A DNA stretch of 64,000 bases from assembly GCF_009914755.1 (NCBI RefSeq), contig NC_060944.1. One strand, 5' to 3'. Within the stretch, counting starts at the first letter, position 1, and each line of letters opens with the position of its first letter. Under the pieces are notes generated by a model that saw only the letters and a program-made list of their open reading frames with translations, was not told where the DNA came from and did no database searches. The stretch comes from the human T2T-CHM13v2.0 reference genome, Homo sapiens. This document shows, piece after piece, positions 56,497-64,000 of this stretch. The position numbers and the translations under genes are program-made.

Positions 56497-56611
56497 CGAA
56501 ACGAACCTCCCCCAGGCTCCTTGAGTTTATTTTTCTGTGCAGCAGCTGCTTGTGCCGAGACAGCAGAAAGGGCTTTGGTTCCAGGTAACACGGCGGGTTT
56601 CACCACAGGGA
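56497..56611 (-). CDS. TAF4: TAF4 exon 9 (VPVVKPAVLPG...KEPGGGSFR)
   Basis: 115 bp, TAG acceptor and GTAAG donor; phase 1 in, phase 2 out, matching neighbours. Confidence 0.95.
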
Positions 56612-57067
56612 CTACAAAACAAACACACAGTGGAAACCACACAAGGCTTTTATTAGATCAACTATGTGCTTTGGTGCTTTACAGGCTCAAGGGCACAGCT
56701 ACCACTCTCCTAATTAGCTACAAGAAAGTTTCCAAAAACTTCATATTAATAACTCTAAATTACAGTACAAAGTGTAAGCTGTACCTCTCGAGCATTTATT
56801 TTCCTGTATTTCATCAAGGTTTTTAAAGTGCAGGAATGATTACAGATAAAGAAGCTAACCATGGAAAATACATAAAATTAAAAATCATACTGACAGTGGT
56901 GATGGTTACACAACACAGTAAATGAAATCAGTGCCACTGAACTAGATACTTAAAATGGCCAATTTTATGTAAATGTACATTTTACCCAATTAAATAAAAG
57001 CCCAATGGCAGCTGGCTCTGGGAGCAGCCCTTGGTGTTGAGCGGCCAGGGGCCCGCGAGGCCCTCAC

Positions 57068-57215
57068 CTGGCTGCAGTGGGTTCAGCTGGATCTGCTGAG
57101 GCGTGGTGAGCATGATCCGGTTGTGAGGCTGCCGCAGGGCGACCATGGGTGTCTGCGTCAACGTCACCTGCGGGGGCCGGATCAGGGCTCCTGGCTTCGG
57201 AGGCTGCTGGATGAC
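57068..57215 (-). CDS. TAF4: TAF4 exon 8 (VIQQPPKPGAL...IQLNPLQP)
   Basis: 148 bp, CAG acceptor and GTGAG donor, ends phase 1; in ORF 56982..57317. Confidence 0.95.
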
Positions 57216-57644
57216 CTGAGGCAGAGCCAGCAGAGAATGGTGAGCATGCTCCCCGAGGGCCAGGGGCCACTCAGTCCCTAGCAGGAGGTTCTTCCCTTCC
57301 CTTCCTTTGCACCCCACGCCCCCAGTAAGAAGTCCTAGGAAGACCCCGTGTGCAGCTCAGCCCCAGCAGGCTGCAGGACCATGCTCTGGCCATGGACTCG
57401 GCCAGACCAGGGCAGGACGTGGGCGAGGGGTGCCCGTGTGAGCACAGAAGGGGCAAGCGGGAGCAGATCTGCTGCCTAGAAGCTGCCCCTGGGCATTGGT
57501 CAGGGCCTGGAGGGGGCGGGTGGCAAACTGATGCCTGCTGACCTCAGCAACCCAGGATGGAGCAGACCACTGCCCCCCAAATATTAGCAGAGGTGACATT
57601 GTTGCCTGGTGGCTACAGGTCAAGTGGTTCTATCTCATCTGAAT

Positions 57645-57650
57645 TTTCTT

Positions 57651-57683
<33 letters not shown>

Positions 57684-57960
57684 AGACAAGTCTCGCTCTG
57701 TCGCCCAGGCTGGAGTGTAGTGGCATGATCTCGGTTCACTGCAACCTCTGCCTTCCGGGCTCAAGTGATCTTACACCTCAGCTTCCCGAGCACCTGGGAC
57801 CATAGGCACCCACCATGTCTGGCTAATTTTTGTAATTTTTTTTTTGTAGAGATGGGGTTTCACCACATTGGCCAGGTTGGTCTTGAACTCCTAGGCTCAA
57901 GCGATCCTCCCACTTTGACCTCCCAAAGTGCTGAATTACAGGCATGAGCTACCAAACCCA
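57645..57960 (-). mobile_element. AluJ (intron 7)
   Basis: Poly-T followed by an antisense dimer. Confidence 0.9.
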
Positions 57961-59846
57961 GCTCCCTTTCTGAATTTTCTGTAAGGCGGCTGAGGGCTTT
58001 TCTACTGGAGTGGGGTTAGAGTTCCTAAGTCCTGCCTGAACTTGGCCCTCAAGGGCCTCCACCCACTGCTCCCAGCATGGCCAGCTCTGTCCGCCCAGCC
58101 CCTGCTGGGCCCCTCGTGGCAGGGTCTGCCCAGCTCTGCTGTCATCCTGCCTCTCACTCTCACCTCCGGCACAAGGCAGAGATCCAAAACCTGGCAGCAC
58201 TGACCATGGCCTATGCTCTGGCCCTGTCCCCAGGATGCTGGGGCCTAGAGACACTGGCATCCTTGTCAAAAGCCAATGCTCAAGTCCATAAGGCCTGGCC
58301 TCAAACCTCTGGGCCCAGGTGTTTCAGAATTTAGTCGCTACCATTTTGCAAAGGTGCCCTGGCAGGTAAACTCTATGCTGCAGAACATGTGTGGGGACCT
58401 GGGGAAGCGGCCTATAATGCAAACATGTCTCCAACGAAACAGGAACACCCACACTGGACAGGAAGAGCCTCAGGCAGCTCAGGCAATGCTCAGGCCAGGC
58501 CCTGCGGCGCAGGGAACCTGCCATCAAATGCCCGGGCCAGGCCCTGCGGTGCAGGGAGCCTGTCATCGAATCAGGGAGAAGCCTGGGTTCTGCCTCCACA
58601 GGCTTCAGGGTGCAGGCAATGGATTGGATGCCCTGGATCCCACTGGCTGTGCTCTGCAGACTCACACGTGGTCAGGAGGAGCCCAGGGAAGCAGAATGCA
58701 GAGGTGATCCTGCTGCCAAACACAGCACCTAATTCTAAAAACACCCATGCTGCTTGTGTGTGACTAAGCACCAGAGGTCAAAACTTGGCAAGAAAATGAT
58801 TGCCCACAGGCTGTGCCTGCTTAAACAGAACCCACCTTTTTGGGTAAAGTAGCTCCACTGACTAGTGAACAGGGAAGTTCTGTCCTTACACTAAAGCAAG
58901 AGGCACGGCACATCTCTTTCCCTCTGGAGTCAAAAGGCAGGCAAGGAAGCCCTCTCTTTACACAGGCGCTCAGCCCTTCCCTGGCCTTTATAAGGGACAC
59001 CCTCCCTCCATGCCATTTCACCCTGTTCTCCTCGCTATTATCAAGACAAAAACAAATGCAACTTGAACAGAGCACAAGAGCCAGCCCCCTAATGGCTACT
59101 CCTCACCCAGCTGGTTCTGATGTGTACACCATCACAACACATACCAGCTCATGATGAGGGAGCCCGCACCATTTTGTTGTTTAAGCTGTCTTTAGAGGAA
59201 GAAAACACCTCTGAAATTTTTTTAAAACTGCCCCTCTACGTTTGGTGAATCCCTCTGCCCATGAAAGGGAATGTGCTCAAAATGTAATTCTTCTGGCAAA
59301 GACATCCTTTCTCTAGCTGCAGAGCAAACGTCATGACTATAAAACCAAGAAAGCCAGATCCAAACTGCACATAAGTGAACCGCTATGAGCAGCCGCGGCT
59401 TCGCCTCCCGGGACTCACCTAAATCCACCCTGTGCTGTGAGCTGCTACCCTGCCTCCAGTCTCCTGCCCACCTGTCCCACGCAGGTGCCCGTGTCTTACG
59501 CTTGGACCGCTGCTCCTAATCCAAGAGAACATCTATCTACAAGATCCTCTAAAAGCACGCTGCATTCATTTACACCAGTAACATCCCCAGACAAGGCAGG
59601 GCGGGGACGTGCCGGTGGTTCAAAGCCAACTCAACTATTTCATTTTACTGAGACAAAATACAACATCCCAGGGCCTCAACCTCTGGTTTCTATTTTAACT
59701 ATTTAAGGTAATACCCAAGCTTCCTCTAGCAGGAGGCTTCCTGCATGCTTGGAAAAGGTTTCTGAGCCGTGGCCAATTTATCTAAGAAGCGGGCGGGAGC
59801 AGAGGCACGGTGGGCTGTGCAGACCAGTCAGGCGCCCCTTCCATAC

Positions 59847-60095
59847 CAGCGGTGTGGGTTGCCCCTGCTTGCCGACGCCGACCTGCGTGGGCTGCGTGAG
59901 GCTGAGCACAGGGGGCTGGAGGGCACTGGTCACGGTGGCCGCCGTCTTCCCGGCCGTGCGCTGGACCGAGCTACTCAGCACCACGGCCGTGAGCGCAGTG
60001 GTGGCCTGCGAGGTGGGCGGTGGCGGCTGCTGCTGGCTCTGCTGGATGAAGGCCGCGGAGTCGGGGGTCAGCTGTCTCAAGGCGGGTAAGCTCCT
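59847..60095 (-). CDS. TAF4: TAF4 exon 7 (RSLPALRQLTPDSAAFIQQ...GKQGQPTPL)
   Basis: 249 bp, CAG acceptor and GTATG donor, phase 0/0; in ORF 59778..60272. Confidence 0.96.
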
Positions 60096-60883
60096 CTGGG
60101 TGGAAAGACAGACACGAGGGGTCAGGCGGCTGCTCATGCGTCGGTTTTCCTTGCTTAAAAATTCAGAAATATCAACTTTTACAGAAAGCTTTTGAGCTAA
60201 GTAAGATGGATCTTGGCCCTCACGGCAGCATGTCTGGATGTCAAGGGCCAGGACCCCATCCTGCCCTCCCACTAAGTGGGATTATTCCTGATAGCAAATG
60301 TCCAAAATGTGTTCAAGAAAACAAACAAAAAGAGACATATTTTTAAAAAACTTTTTAAAATATGTTAACATCACTGGAAGAGAAGATTCTGAATGTTCCC
60401 AACACATGGAAATAAGTACTCAAGGTGACAGACCCCAAATATCCTGATTCTATCTATGACTGTAACAAAACATCACATACACCTCATAAATGTGTACAAA
60501 TATACGTATTGATTTTTAAAATGTGCTGATACCAATGATTACCCAACAGAGACAGCCTGACGCTGTTGAAACCCTTGGTCCTATCCAGTTTTGCAAACGC
60601 TACCCCATTCCCCGTCCCCTTCACTTTCAGGAAGCACACGCCCTTCTCACCACCTTGCGCACGACAGAACCACAAGGCCACCGTGTCAGGGGAGCTCCTG
60701 CTTTACAGAAAAAAAACTAACATTCTGTCCCCAGGCACTGAGTCCCCGGCCCCACCCCCGTAGGCAGCACAAGCGCTGTGCACCCTCCGTGCCTGGAGCA
60801 TCCTCGCCCTGCACACTTGGTGCATCTGCGCCCCACCCCTCCCTGGCCCTACTGCTCGCAGGCACCGGGGCCTTTGAAATTAC

Positions 60884-60973
60884 CTTCAGGAAAGGCACAA
60901 GGTAAGGTTGAGGTGAAGAATTAAGTTCTCGGTATAACCTGCTTGTGAAATCTTCTGCTTCTATTTTTCCATC
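60884..60973 (-). CDS. TAF4: TAF4 exon 6, TAFH domain (DGKIEAEDFTSRLYRELNSSPQPYLVPFLK)
   Basis: 90 bp, AAG acceptor and GTAAT donor; TAFH motif SSPQPYLVPFLK. Confidence 0.97.
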
Positions 60974-62388
60974 CTTAAAAATAAAATCCATGTTGAAATT
61001 CTGGTGAATGAGATTCCACACACACTTCTGAATCCCGCATCACTCTGGTCTCGTATTTTACGGCTGATTCCGCCCCGAGTTTCACTGGACAGAGGAGATG
61101 GGAAAGTCTGCGTGCTACACCTTTCACAGGTACATGTGTGACAGGCGCTCACCCTGGACACTGCAGTGCAGCCAGCTGCGGACCACGTCTCCTCCTGGGA
61201 GGGTCACCTGTCTACTTCTCGTCTTTTTCTAAGTCTCTTACTCAATGCCAGTCTTTACTCAGTGCTTACCAGGCACCTACTCGGTGTCAGGCATTTTGCT
61301 AGGAGGCAGATCAGCCTAAAAGTAACTCCATTATCAAAGCCAGCACTGCAAGTGCGGTGCTGCAGGAGGTCACAGCGTGCCAGGGGCCACACAGACAGGA
61401 TCCACACAGTCAGGGCATCCGCGCCTTCAGGAGCAGATGACAGCTGTGCTCACCCCTGCAAGCGGCCAGGGTGCCCAGAGTCTACAGTCAGACAAAAGGG
61501 AGCCCAGAGCAAGAGGGCCAGATCCTGTTTCAGAAACAGAGGCCAGTGTGGAATAAAGGTCGGGAAGACAGGCGACAAGGCGGGAAGGCGGTGCCTGGAC
61601 TGAACCCTAAGAGACTCCGGAAGACATGGTCAGGCGGACAAGGAGAAGGCACGGTAAGACCAGCCACTCCAGATCCCCAGGCCATCCCACTGACGCCAGC
61701 ACAGCCCTGAGCCACGAGACAGCCATGAGGCTGAGGAAGGTGGACAGCCGAGAGCTCGGCCATGAGTGGAGATCTGGAGCTTGGGACTGTGGGTTAAGGA
61801 GAGGGGAGGCTGCCAGGAATCCTCCCTCCCACCTTCCGGCCAGGGGACAGAGTGCTGTTCTCTGCGACAGAGGTTTCGGGAGGGGTGGGGGTGGGGGGGA
61901 CGGCTCTGCCACTGGAGCGCGAATGTGCCTCAGCTGGTCTGCTCCATGGGGAGGGGGCTTCTGGTGGCTCAGGGTGCAGAATGCCTGTTCCAGCCGGGAC
62001 TGCGGACACCTGGGAATTTTATAAGAGGTCACACAGGAGTGGGGAGAGGGCCAGAAGGGAGTTGCTGGAGACCCTGACCAGAGTGCAGCATGGTTGGGGC
62101 AGCCAGAGGAGAAGAGAGCCACAGACAAGGGACGCAGGCACCAGAAAACGGCAAAGCCCGGGAGACCTCCAGGCGCCGGCCCCAGAACACCCAGCCCCAG
62201 GAAGGAGTCTCCTTAGCTAGGCCACACACGCCTTCGACACGTGTGCACCCCTCCCCTTCGCCTGCAGCCTTCCAGAGGAGCTCTCCCTGCTGGCACAGGC
62301 CTCCCGGGCACAGGTCACAGCAGCAACAGGTGTCTGTCCTATGCAACAGGCTTTAGGGGAAAGGGAATGTAAAGTCAAGGTTTCTCAC

Positions 62389-62511
62389 CAGTAAATTCTG
62401 CACGAGCTCTTTCACATTAGCTGCTGTCTCTGTAGACTGCTTGCCAGATGAAGCCAGTTTTATTAACGTAGATAGGAAATTTTTACATTTCTTCACGTTT
62501 TCCATAGTTTC
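62389..62511 (-). CDS. TAF4: TAF4 exon 5, start of TAFH/NHR1 domain (ETMENVKKCKNFLSTLIKLASSGKQSTETAANVKELVQNLL)
   Basis: 123 bp, CAG acceptor and GTGAG donor; TAFH signature; lies in ORF 62353..62592. Confidence 0.97.
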
Positions 62512-63382
62512 CTGGATTAAAGTAAAAAGATATAAGTGAAAAATCTTAAAAGGCAGATTTTTGTCACAGCCTTTGGTTACTAAAATATGCATATGTACAA
62601 AAGATACATATATTTCTTCTCTAAACTTCTTTCAAGAAAACGCACCACCTCTTGGAACCCTGGGCCATGGGGCAGGCCAGCCACATCAGTCACATGGCCA
62701 CCGAAGTCAGCATCTCCCTCAGCCCCGCAAGGCCACATCTAGGAATGCAGCTATGCAAATAATTAAAAAAGTGAAAAGAGACTCTGCGAAGATGCCTGCT
62801 ACAATGTTGCTGACCATAAGGACAACCTATGCCAATCCAAACGGACACAGAAGGAACCAAATAGGATGCGGTCACTAAAGCAACGAAAAGTACGCAGCAA
62901 AGAAACACCAAAAAGGCGTCAAGTGGGGCCCACTGTTTAAAGATGTCTATCGATACAGGCCGACACTGTGTGTACAAACGGGTGGCGCTGCTGTTTTACA
63001 CACTGAACACAACAGTTCACCAGTGACTCTTCTGTTTTAATAAAGATGTGTATCGATACAGGCCGACACTACGAGTGTGTACAAACGGGTGGCGCTGCTG
63101 TTTTACATACAACGCGACAGTGCACCAGTGACTTTTTCAAAGGCAGGTGTTTGGGCTTTTGCTGTTTGCAGACTTCTGCGGTCTAAGGCCCTCGGAGCCC
63201 ACCTCACACAGCACAGCAGCAGAGCCCCACGTGCTCACGTGGGCCCCAGACTGTTCACTGCTTTGTGAAGCAAGCAGTGAGCGGTCTGGGACAGAAGCCG
63301 GCCTGAGGTCTCAAGGCTGCATTTTCTGACCTGCGCCACGGGCCTGACCGTCTTTGAAGGCACGGAAAGGAGTGGCTCTTAC

Positions 63383-63502
63383 CGTGGCAGCTGAGGAAGT
63401 GGTGGTCGCCCCTGGTACCGTGCGCTGAGGAGTCCCCGTCTGAACAGCCGTCGCCGTCCCAAGTGAAGCCGTCTGGGCAGCGCCACCCAGAACGAGCTGA
63501 GG
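63383..63502 (-). CDS. TAF4: TAF4 coding exon (exon 4 by back-count), PQLVLGGAAQ...TTTSSAAT
   Basis: 120 bp; on the minus strand flanked by tgtAG and GTAAG; in frame (phase 0) with the next exon; peptide matches remembered TAF4. Confidence 0.92.
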
Positions 63503-64000
63503 CTACAAGAATCCAAAAACACAAGGTAAGGGCATCTCACGCCACCAGCTGACGAGGGGGAGACCAGCCTCACGCCCAGCAAAAGAAAACAAGCCTCCCT
63601 GCGGTGGCCAGGACGCCCAGGAAGCCAAGGACCCCGGCCACCTGCCAGCCCGCTGGACACGGGAGTGCTGCTGGGAGGCCTGCCCTGTGCCCTGACGATC
63701 GCAGTCCTGAGCGGGTGAGGAAGGCATGATTTGCACCTGCATCAAAAACGGACGTTCACAAAGCCAGGCACTGCAGAGACCCCAGTCCTCAGAAGTCCAT
63801 GGAAAAAGTCACATAGAGACCAGAGTAAATAATCCTAACAGGCAACCCAGATCCCCATCTCTCAGAAATCAAAACAACAAACAGAAGAACGGCTCCTGAA
63901 AGCTCCATCCTCCCAGGTGCAGAGGCTGGCTACAGGGCGGTCAGGGCTCCACAGCCGCAGCCTCCCATAGGGGAGGGTCCCCAGCTCCCTGCAATCACCC

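Overview
Human-type (primate) genomic DNA that I recognise as the 3' half of TAF4 (TFIID subunit 4, distal 20q13.33) on the minus strand, plus about 27 kb of downstream flank. Twelve coding exons can be placed with exact splice boundaries and consistent frame; they are exons 4-15 if the canonical 15-exon model is counted back from the stop. They encode the TAFH/NHR1 domain, the histone fold and the conserved C-terminus ending ...LLYKAFLK*. They are followed by a ~1.4 kb 3'UTR, and one intron uses a GC donor. MIR1257 lies ~21 kb downstream on the same strand. The rest is dense interspersed repeat (about 20 Alus including an AluYb8/Yb9, L1 remnants, MaLR/THE1 and ERV1 solo LTRs), many GC-rich minisatellites and an orphan CpG island. 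Two less obvious items stand out. A 5'-truncated DDX5 retrocopy is inserted into the poly(A)-signal region of an ERV1 LTR, downstream of its CCAAT/TATA boxes. An intronic 22-bp VNTR carries about 20 ATCAAAGG (TCF/LEF-type) sites. Apart from the TAF4 exons, the ORF-track entries are repeat-derived or chance. I see no clear evidence of a wholly new multi-gene system. Repeat family names come from recall, not from a search.
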